A stretch of 64,000 nucleotides of DNA from Macrostomum lignano (Eukaryota), in assembly GCA_002269645.1 (NCBI GenBank), contig NIVC01001101.1, forward strand, positions 62,001-126,000. The letters are read 5' to 3'. Below, in pieces: positions 33,870 through 46,052 of the stretch (position 1 is the first letter of the stretch; each line of letters opens with the position of its first letter). Position numbers and translations under genes: made by a program. The notes under the pieces were generated by a model. That model did not search any database. It was not told the origin of the DNA and saw only the letters and a program-made list of their open reading frames with translations.

Positions 33870-34872
33870 GCCTCCTTTCTTCATTTGCAGGCCGCCAAGC
33901 TGCACCAGACTCTCTCAGCGGCCGCGCTGCACAGCTGCTGAACGCCGCCTATGCGCCGAGGTCACGACAAGCGGTCAACAGGCACGTGCGCGAGTGACAG
34001 GAGTTCTGCCGTCAATCTGGCTGCGACCCGCTGTGCTGCAACATCTCTAGTCTGCTCTACTTTATTGCCAGCTTTGTCGGCACGCGCCTGCATGCCTACA
34101 GCAGCATCTCAGCGGTCGCCAGTTCTCTGTCGGTCTGGTTCCGCTTGAACTCCGCACCAAACCTGACCAAGCATGCCGCCGCTGTTCACTTATTGCGTGG
34201 TGCCAAGCGGGTCCTCGGATTGCGTGCCGGAAAAGGCCGGTGTCGCCCACGATGCTGATGCTGATTCGACGGCTAGTGCACGATTCTGATGGATGTCAGC
34301 TGGCCTGCTGGGCTGTGACCATCTGCTGCTGGTGGGGGATGCTGCGAAAGTCCAGCCTACTCCCCCGAACTGGAAAGGGCCCAGCACTGACGCGGCACGC
34401 TGATCTGCTCAAGCATCCGAGAGGTCTGGTTCTTCGCTGCGAGTTCAGCAAGACTATCCAGTTCAGGGAGCGCAGTCACCAAGTGCTCCTGCCGAGACTG
34501 TCACATCGACCCGCTTTGTGCCCGGTGAGAGCTGTCGCGCTGCACATTCGTGCCAGCGGAGCGCGCACCGCAGATTCGCCGCTTTGGTCGTACCGCGACG
34601 GCAGGGGCGGCCAGCGCCTGCTAACCGCGACGCATCTGGACCGCTTCCTCCGCGAGAAATTTTCTGCGGCTGGCTTCAGAAAGGGTTCCTTCTCCGCACA
34701 CAGCCTGCGCAGAGGTGGGGCGACCTGGGCTGCCTTGCTCGGTCTCCCAGTGGCCGACATAATGCGCACTGGAGACTGGAGGAGTGATGCCGTGCAGCGC
34801 TACCTGCCTCAGTTTCAACAGGCTGCTGAGGCTACGATCTCCTTTGCTGATGGAGAGGCCGCGCTGTTTTAA
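33870..34872 (+). pseudogene. Ngaro tyrosine recombinase
   Basis: Catalytic motifs GMLRKS, HSLRRGG, GDW and RY in ORF 34240-34872; the N-terminal part is disrupted. Confidence 0.88.
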
Positions 34873-34929
34873 CTTTTTTGTCTTCTTTTTTTTCTCCCTG
34901 ACTGCTTTCTTTAGGTTTTGGAGGCTGCT

Positions 34930-35058
34930 TCGCTTTGGCGTTTCGCTTTGCTTTCGCTTTCGCTTTGGCGTTTCGCTTTGCTTTCGCTTTCGCTTTGGCG
35001 TTTCGCTTTGCTTTCGCTTTCGCTTTGGCGTTTCGCTTTGCTTTCGCTTTCGCTTTGG
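34930..35058. repeat. 30-bp tandem repeat (CGCTTTGGCGTTTCGCTTTGCTTTCGCTTT)x4 inside the Ngaro 3' region
   Basis: Direct. Confidence 0.95.
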
Positions 35059-35975
35059 CCAATTTGTCGTCTTCTGCTTTCGTGGGGCTGGTCACTAATG
35101 CATTGGTTCGCATAGGTGCTCGCAACCTGTGCAAACCAGCTTTAGTGATCAGCCACCCCCTGCCTTTGTGAACCTGTTTGGGGGGCTGTACTTAGCCCCC
35201 CCCTCTCCACTGGCTATTTAGCTCGCTGTATCAGCTTTGCACTCACTGTTCTCGCTGCCATAATTTTTTTCCTACGCGTGGACATTTTATGCAAGGGACT
35301 TAAGAGACTTAAATGACAGGATTCCGACTGCACAACTGTACGAATAGGCGAAAACTGGCTAAACTGAACGGCTTGCTTTATTGATTTATTCATCTTTTTT
35401 ATGATTAATTCATAAAAATTCTTAGGCTTGTCCCACAAAATATAATCAATGATGGTAGGCACATACATGTACGTGCATTGGGCCTAACGGCAAAGACAAT
35501 TATTGATGGGAAAATAAGTGTCACACAACACTAGCTACATGCATGTGTTAGGAGTGACTAACAGACGGCTTAAACTTATATTTCTTTATTTACTTGAAAA
35601 TATAGTTGCATTTAAACATGCATTCTGGTGTTGTTTGGGACGTTGTGTTACTGTAGAATACAGTAAAGTACTTAGGTATAACGCGTGTTATTTATCCAGA
35701 GATATTGAGAAGAAACACTCGGAAAACAGGAAAGAATATCCTTACATACAAAATATATAGTTGATATACATTCACAAGCGGATGCATAGATAAAGCAGAA
35801 AATACATGTAATTTCATGCAAATATTCTCGTTCGATTTTTCAGCTACAAAATGGTCCGAAATTTGGTAGACGTAAACCGGCAATAAAATTTTACTTAAAC
35901 TTATTGCGATCATCTACTTACGATCCATATTGGTTTGACGATCGACTTTCCGTGCGAGGCTCTTGCGATGAAATG

Positions 35976-36719
35976 TCAGTCAAAAGGCGTCACGCACTCG
36001 CACAGAGCCGTCGTTACGTCCGGATGATTTTCTGTAACATCGTTTAGAGCCGGCATTCCGGTAAACTTTACGACGGAATTTTCAGCTCCGCCAACGTTAT
36101 TGGGTTCGCCGCTGCCCCACACAGTCGGGCTGACGCTGGTGTTGCAGCCGATCCAGAAAAATCCGTCATCTGGCTCAGCACTGCCAGGGTACTGGCGGCC
36201 TCCCAGCCAGAACGACTGTCCAAAGTTGTAGGTGGATAAAATCACGTCGATGTGGGTCAGTTCCTCAGCGCTGGTCACGTCGGCCATGATGACCAGACCG
36301 CTCTCTGACTCGCACTTCTGCCTGCTCGGCCACCACGTCCCGATGCCAGAGTACAGCCTGTTCTTCACTCCGCACAGGTCCATGCCGTAGCCAGACGGAC
36401 ACAGCGCGCCCGCCTCGAGTCCTGGCCGCTGCTTGACGAACACCCGGCCTCTCCTGGAGCAGCCGCAGCTCCTCACCGACTTGCTGCACTTGTCGAACAC
36501 GAACAGCTGGCACGGACCGTCAGCCAGGCTGAACGCCTGACAGCGCTGGTTTTGGGCGCACAGAGCGGCGCAGCCGACTTGGTTGAGTTCGCTTGAGTAG
36601 GTCTCAACAAACTCGCCGTTGGTGCAGAGATATCCGTTGATGAGGACATACAGCTGCTGGTTGTCACTGCCGAGCGTGAGGCCCAGAGCCAAGAACATCG
36701 TCAAGAGATTAATGCGCAT
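35976..36719 (-). CDS. Secreted PAN/apple + C-type lectin (most divergent CTLD; EPN..LND)
   Basis: Intact 247-aa ORF with the same architecture as 27860-28618. Confidence 0.85.
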   Translation of the reverse strand: MRINLLTMFLALGLTLGSDNQQLYVLINGYLCTNGEFVETYSSELNQVGCAALCAQNQRCQAFSLADGPCQLFVFDKCSKSVRSCGCSRRGRVFVKQRPGLEAGALCPSGYGMDLCGVKNRLYSGIGTWWPSRQKCESESGLVIMADVTSAEELTHIDVILSTYNFGQSFWLGGRQYPGSAEPDDGFFWIGCNTSVSPTVWGSGEPNNVGGAENSVVKFTGMPALNDVTENHPDVTTALCECVTPFD

Positions 36720-37666
36720 TGTCTGTGCTTAGGAAACTACGGCGCTAAATTACACATCCACTGCGTTCACGAGTTGCAGCTCAGTATTTATGGCTTCTTT
36801 GAGGCAGATATTTTTTAGGAGCGTTGCTTTCAATGAGTTTCTGTCTTTTGTTGTGGCTCACTGTCTCAAATAACTCTCTGCTTTGGCAAGACCTGCTCAC
36901 AGCTTTACCGGTGCCAGTAGGTTTTATCAGCTGCAGAGAATACGTGTAGAGATTGACGTATTGTAGTCTTCAGCTTCCGGCGTTCTTTTCTAGTCTCCAC
37001 GGGTCCCAGGATCAGGTGTTGTAGTTCTCTCAGACAACGGCTTAGGACTTAGGTAGCAAAGTAAATATTTTATTTAAACATTGTCTTGTCCGGTGAGATA
37101 CTTGACACCTTTGTCTTCTGCCTATCATTTTGTCGCGGGGATGCAAAATTGAACCAACCTGTGGGGGGAATAAGGCGAGAGATATATAACAAATTACTGA
37201 AGATAAAATTACTGCGTGAAATTATGAAGTGTGACTTGATAATTGCTAGATATCCTAAAGAATCTTACAGCTCTCAAGTGAGCCAGTTCCGATATTTTAT
37301 ATTTCATTAATTATCCAACATACATTCAATGAGATGCAATTGGCAAACCGGTAACTTTGAGCGCCTACTAGCGAGAGGAGGGAAAGCGCACAAGTCCGAC
37401 ACGCGGAGCTGGAATGTGTGCAGTGCATGCACACACAACCGAGAGAGAGAGGAGAGAAAGGAGGCACCTCTAATCTCATTCGCTGACACGGAACAACGAC
37501 TAACTAATAAAAGTCTATTTCGTTAAAGTTGAAGATATTTCGAGTTATTTCAAGTACTCTCCATCAGGGCAGTATACTCGTATGGAAGACGGAGGGAGGG
37601 AGAGAGAGAGACGACAGCATGTGAACATCAATGCCAACAATAAAGTTTTTTCAAGACTGATGCAAA

Positions 37667-37957
37667 CAGAGGCGTCACCACCGGAGGGGACAGGCGCGAC
37701 ATGTCCCCCCACCCAGTTAAAGCTACGGAGGACATGCCAATGCTTTTGTCCCCGGCCCCACCCCACCTTATAATCCGTTTTAAAATCAGTAATTTTGTTC
37801 AGGGCGCCAAAATGAATGCCTGCGGCGCCAAAATGAGTGCCTGTGGCGCCAAAATGAGTGCTAACAACACTAATTCCCAAAATAATGTAGAAATTCAGTT
37901 ATGTAGTATTCTTGGCTTTGCCCCCATCCCACCAAAAAATCCATTGCGACGTCTTTG
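37667..37957. mobile_element. hAT-like MITE with internal 20-bp tandem repeat
   Basis: TIR-like ends CAGAGGCGTCAC / GCGACGTCTTTG; flanking 8-mers GATGCAAA / GATACAAA (7/8). Confidence 0.65.
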
Positions 37958-38279
37958 GATACAAAGTCGACATTGCAAGGCGAGAAAAGGTTTAGCCATT
38001 CATAAGATATCATTTAATCCTGTTATTTAATCCATAAAATTAGTATTAGACTTAGATTAGAAAGACCAACAGCAAAACCAGCCAACCAGGGGGGGTCAGG
38101 GTCGCCGGCTTGTCAGTCCTCCGCTGTTTCTTCTTCTTGGCAACCGCGGACGCTCCCCGGAACGTGTCGGATGGAGGCGCATCGGCACGAAAACCCGGAT
38201 CCGTCACGTTTCCCCGTTTACCCGTTTAGTTCGCTCCAATCGGCGGTACACAGCCCGGTAGGTCTCTATAGGTGATATA

Positions 38280-38880
38280 CTTACACTGTATGCATCGAAT
38301 TTGCTGTCTGGAGGCAGCTTCGAAGGCGCCGTCCCTGCGATGCCCTGCAACCCTTGAACAAACGGCGACCACCAAGTGGAGATCCTCAGTTTGGCCGTCC
38401 GCGGGTCGTAAGTTTGCAGAAGTTCTGAGCGGAAGTCTATGGAGACTGTTGGTCTAAGGTCGGCTCCCGACGTGAGCGGATCTTCGATTCCGTCGTGTGT
38501 TGCTGCTATATACTTGCTGCTGTCGGCGCCACTGCATGCTGTCCGCCAGCAATTGCATTAGCAGGCCCAGCCGACTGATGTATTTCAACTTCCAAGTCAC
38601 AGCCTTTGACCTCGTAAAACTTAAAATACGTGGACAAATTTCTCCGCCTGGCCGTTCGTGTCCGAAAGCAACGGTATCAAGAAGATGCCTCAGATGCAGG
38701 TGAGCATGGGAAACTTCGTTGAGGTGAACTGCGAGTCGACGCCGTAGACCATCCCCCGATTAAACTCAGCTAAGTCAGCCGTGTGCTTGAAGAATGAGAC
38801 CTGACAGGGGCATGGTGACAGCTCGAGCGGCAAGATGGGAATGATACACACTATAATTTCTTTTAAAAACTGATGCAGAA
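38280..38880 (-). mobile_element. Highly degraded Gypsy-like integrase remnant (also echoed at ~50600-50780)
   Basis: DSQFTSTKF..GI..TNGQAE resembles the rve core DNGPQFTS.EF..GI..SNGQAE. Confidence 0.4.
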
Positions 38881-39166
38881 AATCTACCAACAATAAAAAT
38901 TGACGGCTCAGCACTAGCGAAAGCGCTAGCGACGTGCTAGAGTTCTGAAAGCATAGCATAAATAAGCGCGTGAAGAAAGGTCAAATATGGCTATTGCCCC
39001 GGATCCCTAAAAACTCATGCTACAGTTTGATGGTTATCACAAGCGCTACTCATTGGCTGATCTGCCAAGCCGTGCTCAAGCCAAATACAGCGACTCTGTT
39101 CCAACAATTTTCATATCCACCACGTCTGTGCGTGTCTCACTGTTTGTTAACTAATTTGATTTACCG

Positions 39167-40255
39167 ATGCGGCTCCACCCGATCGAGTTGCCGTCTCTTC
39201 TTCTGCTTCTTCTGCTTCAGCTGCTGCTGACGGCTGCCAGCGGAGCCGCGGACTCGACCGGCTGTCCCAGCAGCGCCCGGCAGTCGCTGCAGCCCCTGCA
39301 TAGCGAAACCTGCGTGCCGGATTCGGATCGGCAGCGCCAGATTCGACTGCCGAACGCGCAGCTCATCAACGGCGCCGCCGACCTGCAGTCCTGCGCCCTG
39401 GCCTGCGCTCTCCGACCGACCGTCTGCGCCGTCGCTCAGTTCCGGTTCGCTGCCCGTCTGTGTCACGTGACCCCGGAGCTGCCGCAACCCGCCAGCGAGA
39501 CCGAGGCTGCTGTGACGGCGACTCGAGGTGACTGCGTGGCGACGCTGCTGAGACGCAACGCATCCGGAGCATCGGGCTGGCCGTTCGCTGCTCGAATGTC
39601 CGCTTTCTTTGACTTCCGCGTCTCCGATAGGAACCTCGGCGGCAGCGTCGGTGCCGGTTTTTTGACGTCGGCACCGGCGCAGTTCGTCGGGGCCGCCGCG
39701 CGCAACTTGTCGGGCGCCGTGCTGCCAGGCCGGTTCGATTCGTTCGTGAAAATCCCGCTGCAATCTCCGGGATTTCAAGCTTTCGTCTCTCCCAGCAAAG
39801 AGTACTCAGTTTTCTTTAGCATTGACAGATCGCCAAGAGTTCCTTCCGATAATATTCACCTGTTGCGTGTGGTGACGTCTGGTGGAAGCAACACTCCGTT
39901 CTGCGCGTTCGCCTATTTTTTGGGCAGGAAAGTAAAATTTGCCAACTTGTTTACCCGTCTGACTGGGTTCCTCACGGATGCTTCGTTGCCTCTGGAGCCT
40001 TTGAAGAAGTTCTACATGGGCCTGAGCTACAGCAGAGCTTCTGGAGCTCACACTGTTGTCTACAATGGCACAGCCTTTTCTGCTTCAACGAAGACCAACT
40101 ACGAGCTGAATATTGGTGCCGACTACAGTGAGATCTGGCTGGGATCACCGGGCACCAGGGATTCTGTCGCATATGAGGGAAGGATCATCTGCTTTGCCCT
40201 TGCTCCCGTATCCATGACGGCTGAGGACTTTCAAGCTTTGGGTTCAGTTTGCTGA
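39167..40255 (+). CDS. Secreted PAN/apple + concanavalin A-like (LamG/pentraxin-type) domain protein, 362 aa
   Basis: Leu-rich signal peptide; SCALACALRPTVC..RLCHV (PAN-like); beta-rich C-terminal domain (YSVFFSI..FYMGLSYS..VVYNG..IWLG..EGRIICF). The fold call is inference. Confidence 0.7.
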   Translation: MRLHPIELPSLLLLLLLQLLLTAASGAADSTGCPSSARQSLQPLHSETCVPDSDRQRQIRLPNAQLINGAADLQSCALACALRPTVCAVAQFRFAARLCHVTPELPQPASETEAAVTATRGDCVATLLRRNASGASGWPFAARMSAFFDFRVSDRNLGGSVGAGFLTSAPAQFVGAAARNLSGAVLPGRFDSFVKIPLQSPGFQAFVSPSKEYSVFFSIDRSPRVPSDNIHLLRVVTSGGSNTPFCAFAYFLGRKVKFANLFTRLTGFLTDASLPLEPLKKFYMGLSYSRASGAHTVVYNGTAFSASTKTNYELNIGADYSEIWLGSPGTRDSVAYEGRIICFALAPVSMTAEDFQALGSVC

Positions 40256-40724
40256 GCTGTTTGCCACGAGCTCGACGGATCTAACTGACAACATTGCTGT
40301 TTTTTATTGTTGTTTGTTGTCAGCCTACTATAGGATTAAGAAACACTCTGTCAGATACGTAAAATATCTGTCTCGCATATTTAGGTCTACTGACTTTTTG
40401 CTCGTAAGCAACCTTTTTAAAAGTACTTTTCGGTTTACCTGTTCTTTTTTAAATCAAATTTAATTCAAGGACCCATGCTTTTTAAAGAGAAGTTTCCAAA
40501 AAACCTGGCTACGAGTATTGATACTTTATTGATTCATTGTTCGCCTTTTGTTCCACCTATCAAAAATCGCGTAGCTATCCTTGTAATAATACCTAGCTGT
40601 CCTCTTCTCGAAAGGCCCTAAATCTTTCAATAACATAATATGCAAATAACTTTTTAAAAACTGGCAGTAATCGGTGTTTGAGCAATGCAATTTTGCGTCC
40701 TGCTAATTAGTTATTACTGATAAT

Positions 40725-41006
40725 TAGAACTGGCTATGATAATTATTACTGGCTATGACAATTAGGACTGGATATGATAATTATGACTGGCTATGTTAAT
40801 TATGATTGGCCATGATAATTATGACTGGCTATGATAATTATGATTGGCTATGATAATTATGATTGGCTATGATAATTATGATTGGCTATGATAATTATGA
40901 CTGGCTATGATAATTATGATTGGCTATGATAATTATGATTGGCTATGATAATTATGACTGGCTATGATAATTATGATTGGCTATGATAATCATGACTGGC
41001 TTTGAT
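40725..41006. repeat. 19-bp minisatellite (TATGATAATTATGATTGGC)n
   Basis: Direct; degenerate paralog at 52685-52915. Confidence 0.95.
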
Positions 41007-41039
41007 AAGCAGTCAACACAAACAACAACAGTCAAAAGT

Positions 41040-41580
41040 TCTTCAAAACTTAGTCTGGCGAGAACCGCAGCAGGAGATGCTTAGCAGTACCCTCGTATGT
41101 GCAGTGCGCTGAGGGCCAGACTACTTCAGTGCATGTTTGGAACGGTATTTCGCTACATTCAAGGATACATATTGTCTTTCTGGATGCCAACGTGAACGCC
41201 AATAGTTGCGCAGATCTTCAGCAGACTCGGTTCCTACCATTTGCCGATGCTGCCTTCGGAGGCGTCGGCAACTCCATTCTCCAGGATGACAACGGTCGCC
41301 ACACCAAGCGGATGCTGTCAGTCAACTCAGAACAGCAACAGCTGTGCGCTCTACGCTGATCTTTCCTGTCCTCAGACCTGAATTCCATTGAGCACGTCTG
41401 GGACTTCCTAAAAAGCAGCATTCAAAAAGAGAATCCACCACAGAATGTTGCGGAGCTGCGTCATGCCGCTGAAAACGCTGGGCAGCAGCTTCCGCAGGAC
41501 TTTCTGCGCCGCCTCATCCTGGTGATGCCCTGAAGAGTCGACACGCTTCTGCATGCGAGGGGGTCCCACACGCGTCGTTA
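41040..41580 (+). mobile_element. Tc1-like DDE transposase remnant
   Basis: SVHVWNGIS, ILQDDNGRH, SSDLNSIEHVWDFLK, LRRLI..MP*RV. Confidence 0.8.
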
Positions 41581-41839
41581 AGCATCGCGATTCTAACTGA
41601 ATATTGCATATAGATGAACTATTATGATTTTGTGCGACTGACGTTTACTATTGATTCAATCAACTTTCCCTTCGTCTTGGCGGCCTCGTTGCGTAACTTA
41701 AGAGTTAAATTGTCAGTGAGAAGCTGTCGGATGAGTAAAAAAAATTTCTGAGTATTTGATTCGCTATGACAATTTCGATTGTATCTAACAATATCAGATA
41801 AAAAAAATGGCACAACCCAGTGCCGTAGTTTCTAAGGCA

Positions 41840-41901
41840 CAGACAATGAGCAGTAATCTCTAGAAAATGTTTTTGGCCCTGGGTCTCACGTTCGGCAGTG
41901 A
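41840..41901 (+). pseudogene. 5' stub of a PAN-CTL lectin gene
   Basis: ATGAGCAGTAATCTCTAG..TTTTTGGCCCTGGGTCTCACGTTCGGCAGTGA matches the lectin signal-peptide coding sequence. Confidence 0.6.
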
Positions 41902-42755
41902 AATTTCTGCGCCTGCCTGGATGCAGTTACAGACACCGGACTGATAGTCAAACAAGCAGCTGGTGCATTTACTTCCGATCCCGTCTGGGTATTGACTCTC
42001 GCGATTTATGAGTCGACTTCTTTTTGCTTGCTTTAGAAGTTAAAGTTAATCCTAAAATTTGCGATGTTTACAGAGAATTCACATGCATGGACACGAAAGT
42101 AACCAAGCAAGATAAGCCAACATCGCGAAACCGGTCCCATCTCTGTCTGATCCACGCATATTGTGTTCCGCCAGAGTTGAAAAAGATAGATGCACTAAAA
42201 TTGTTCTAATCATCTTTATACAAAAGCGAGTATTATGCTCGTAGACTGAAACTGATAGCCAATTGCTACGACCTAGGTACTCAGTTCGACGCCCTGGAGC
42301 GAAACATCTTTGATTTCCATAGCGGGCCACAAGGTAGGCATGGAACAAAGCATTGGTATTTTCCTCACACAGCTTTTACCATGTCCTCCCATGCACCCAC
42401 GGTGGCAAAGACTCTGGTTAATTTATATATGCACAGAGACTTTAACATCGTTGACATCTGCTAAAAACTTGTCAATTTTCTCATGAGGGAGCTAAAAGTC
42501 TTTGAGGTAGCATCTTCAGTCGTAAAAATGTTTTTCAGCTTCCTTTGAACGGCTGAGTCTTAGTTTTGAGTCACACAAAAGTTTGAGAAAAGTAAGAAAC
42601 TGCTCCCGTTTGAGCATTTTCAAACAGTTGCATGTTTTCTGCTCAAACAGACAGAAGAGGCACTCGAATCGAAGGCTACGAGTATAAATTCTAAGCTGAA
42701 ACTCTGCTGCTCCTGTGTCTGTCGACTTTACCGTCGCAGTTTCTGAAGCACAGCC

Positions 42756-43517
42756 ATGAGCAATAATCTCTTGACGATGAGCATAAAACTCTTGACGACG
42801 TTTTTGGCTCTGGGCCTCACGCTCGGCAGTGACAACCAGCAGCTGTATGTTCTCATCAACGGATATCTCTGCATCAACGGCGAGTTTGTTGAGACCTACT
42901 CAAGCGTACTCAACGAAGTCGGGTGCGCCGCTCAGTGCACTCAAAACCAGCGCTGTCAGGCGTTCAGCCTGGCTGACGGTCCGTGCCAGCTGTTCGTGTT
43001 CGACAAGTGCAGCAAGTCGGTGAGGAGCTGCGGCTGCTCCAGGAGAGGCCGGGTGTTCGTCAAGCAGCGGCCGGGACTCGAGGCGGGCGCGCTGTGTCCG
43101 TCTGGCTACGGCATGGACCTGTGCGGAGTGAAGTACAGGCTGTACTCTGGCATCGGGACGTGGTTGCAGAGCAGGCAGAAGTGCGAGTCAGAGAGCGGTC
43201 TGGTCATCATGGCCGACGTGACCAGCGAGAAGGAGATGAGCCATGTGGACTCGATCTACTCGAACTACAGCTCTGGACAATCGATCTGGCTCGGAGGCCT
43301 CCAGCCAGCAGGCAGTGCGGAGCCGGATGGCGGCTGGTACTGGGTCGGCTGCAATGACACCGTGGACGCTGCTTTGTGGGCCGACGGTGAGCCCAACAAC
43401 TATGGAGGTGTCGAAAATATTTTATTCAGATATCTTGGTTTAGCTGGTCTGAGCGACTGTACCGGGACATGCATCATGTCTGCCGTTCTGTGCGAGTGCG
43501 TCTCTCCCTTCGCCTGA
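42756..43517 (+). CDS. Secreted PAN/apple + C-type lectin (EPN)
   Basis: Intact 253-aa ORF; TATAAA at ~42683. Confidence 0.85.
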   Translation: MSNNLLTMSIKLLTTFLALGLTLGSDNQQLYVLINGYLCINGEFVETYSSVLNEVGCAAQCTQNQRCQAFSLADGPCQLFVFDKCSKSVRSCGCSRRGRVFVKQRPGLEAGALCPSGYGMDLCGVKYRLYSGIGTWLQSRQKCESESGLVIMADVTSEKEMSHVDSIYSNYSSGQSIWLGGLQPAGSAEPDGGWYWVGCNDTVDAALWADGEPNNYGGVENILFRYLGLAGLSDCTGTCIMSAVLCECVSPFA

Positions 43518-46052
43518 TGTCCGGATGCTGCGCTGTCAACTGCATCGGTCTTGGGAATAACCCAGGTGTTAAACCTGTTGTGTCGAACATGTGCTTTACC
43601 CTGAATTTAGCTGAGCAAGGCACTGAATCATCTCCGTTTCAACTTTTAAGTTATATCTTAACTTCTGAAGACATATATAGGAATTCCAGCGATCTGAATC
43701 ACTCCTTGTGTTAGGACGCCGCAAAACATTCCCCTATTTTTGTTTCACGTTTTTGCAAGCCTTTTATGGTACTCTCCTCGAGCCTGCTAGCATAGTCTTT
43801 TGCCTTAGTCTTAGTCTTAGTCTTATTCTGGTACTTTACTTCTCGCCCATTTTTAACACTAATATTTACAGATTAAATTAGGAATTATACTACTCGCACT
43901 AGGAAGTTTACTAAAGTATGGGCCTATACATTTTGTCGAATTCGATCTACGAGTATATGCTTCAAGTTGTGGCGCACTTGAGATATAAAACTTTTTTTCT
44001 GCGATTAGTTAATATTTGAAAATTAATCAGTTTTACCTCCCGCTACAAAATAAATGAATTAATATTTTTATAGTTTACCTTCCGTTTCACAACAAATAAC
44101 TCATTATTAATTATTTTTGCCTCTTTTTTTACAATGGATGAATTAATTTTAATTATTTTACTTCCCGTTTCAAAATTAATAAATGATTATTAATGAATTT
44201 TAAACCAAACTCAACGAATGAGAAGACCTCAATCATTGCCAACTCTTCGGCGTGATAATCACCAGCCTAATAGACAGGGATTCACACCTTTATAAATCAG
44301 AAGCGCCCACCAAGAGACACTGGCGCCCCACCAAGAGACAGTGACACCCACCAAGACAGATTGGCGGACACCAAGAGACTGTCATTCCTATTGGTATAAG
44401 TCTTGCTACTTTTGTTACTAATAGTAGCGCTTCAAGTATTATTTAGGATAGAAAATGTGAGGGCTGATGCATAGGGTGGCTGGGGACTCGGATAGGACCG
44501 ATGGCAGTTGTAGAAGCAAACAAATAAACAATAGAATGGAATGCCACCAACTTTCATTCCATTTTCGATATAATTGCTGTTTCTGGATCTTAAATTTTTG
44601 GGAAAAAACTTCGAAAAAACATCGAAAAAAATTCCGATGAGAAGGGATCAACAACGGACTGAGAAAAAAAGCAGTACTAAGCGCACCGAAAGCGGACCCA
44701 CAAAAACAACACCTGCAGGGGTACTTTTGATGCTTTTAAAACTGCAAACGGGACATTTCCAGTCAGGATTTCGGTTTTAGAAAAATAAAAAATATTGAAC
44801 ACCTGCCCGGAAAAGACTACATAGAGAAATTTCAATAGATTATATTCAATTCAATTGAATATCTGCTTATAGCATCCATAAGCTCTACTGCCTAAATCCA
44901 TCCAAACAACTTTTTTTCGGAAAAGTTATTGTCTATTTAAAATCGAATTAAATCAACGACCCATGCTGTTTGAATAAAATTTTCCAAAAAGCATACTATT
45001 GATAAATCCTTCTGGTTCATTGTTTGCCTTTTATTCCACCTATCCAAAGAATTATGCAGCTATCCTTAGCTAGCTGCCCCGAGCTCAAAAGGCCTTAAAT
45101 CTTTGAATGCTAATAATTTATATACTAATAATAATCTGAGAAAAACTGACATTATTTCGTTTTTCGAACAATGCACTTTTACTGCCATTGCTACTTAATT
45201 ATTAATGAAAATTTTGATTGGCTTACGATTGCCTATGCTATAATGAGGTATCAAGAGAGTTCACGTCTGGGTATTGGCTCTCGCAATTTCTGTGAGTCTT
45301 CTCACAGAAATTGCACATGAGACCTGTTTCTTCTTTCTGTAGAAGTGAAAGTTACTTTTAAAACTTGCGATCTTTACAGAGAATTCGAATATGCATAGAC
45401 ACAAAAGTACATATATAACCAAGCAAGATAAGTAACATCGTAAAACTGATTTCATTTCTCTCTGATCCACTCATATGGTGTTCCGCCAAAGTTGAAAAAG
45501 ATACATGTTTTCACTAAAAATTGTCCTAATCACCTTTATATAAAAGTGAGTATTAGACTCAATCATAGTTTACTTGCGACGAACTTATCTTGCCACTCAA
45601 TTCAACACTCTGTGATTCCCATAACGGGCCACAAGGTGGCGTAGAACAAAGCATTGGTATTTTCCGCCCACAGCTTTTCACACGTCCTCCTATGTCCATC
45701 GGTGGCAAATACTCTGGTTGATAATATATGCACTGACACTTTAACATCGTTGAAATTTGCTTAAAACTTGTCAATTTTCCCATGAGCGAGAGAAAGTCTA
45801 TAAGGAAGAGTCTTTGAGGATGAAAGAATCTTAGGATTCTTTGAGGAATAATCCTGAGGAGGTTTTTCAGCTTTCTTTGAACGGCTGAGCCCTTAGTTTT
45901 TAGTCACACAAGTTCTCAAATAGGTGCATGTTTACTGCTCAAATACAGCTGAGACGCTCTCGAATCGGAGGCTACGAGTATAAATCTTGAGCTGAAACTC
46001 TGCTGCTCCTGCGTCTCTAAATTTTGCCTTCATAGTTTCTTAAGCATTGACG

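Larger units (their letters stand above)
31073..35270 (+). mobile_element. Ngaro-type (DIRS superfamily) tyrosine-recombinase retrotransposon, degenerate
   Basis: ~170-bp direct repeats at 31073-31242 and 35099-35270. Contains gag (31266-32184), RT (KVDL..AYR, LPFG, YLDDF), RNase H (SDACG, IYCDNQ, SDAASR) and YR (SKTIQF, CPVRA, HSLRRGGAT, GDWRSDAVQRY). No methyltransferase domain. Confidence 0.9.

Noticed and set aside
40725-41006. Regularly spaced repeats resembling a CRISPR array (also 1662-1912 and 16560-16820)
   Set aside because: Head-to-tail units with no unique spacers, no cas genes and a eukaryotic context.
43800-43826. (TTAGTC)n as a telomere-like repeat
   Set aside because: Only ~4 units and not TTAGGG; ordinary microsatellite.
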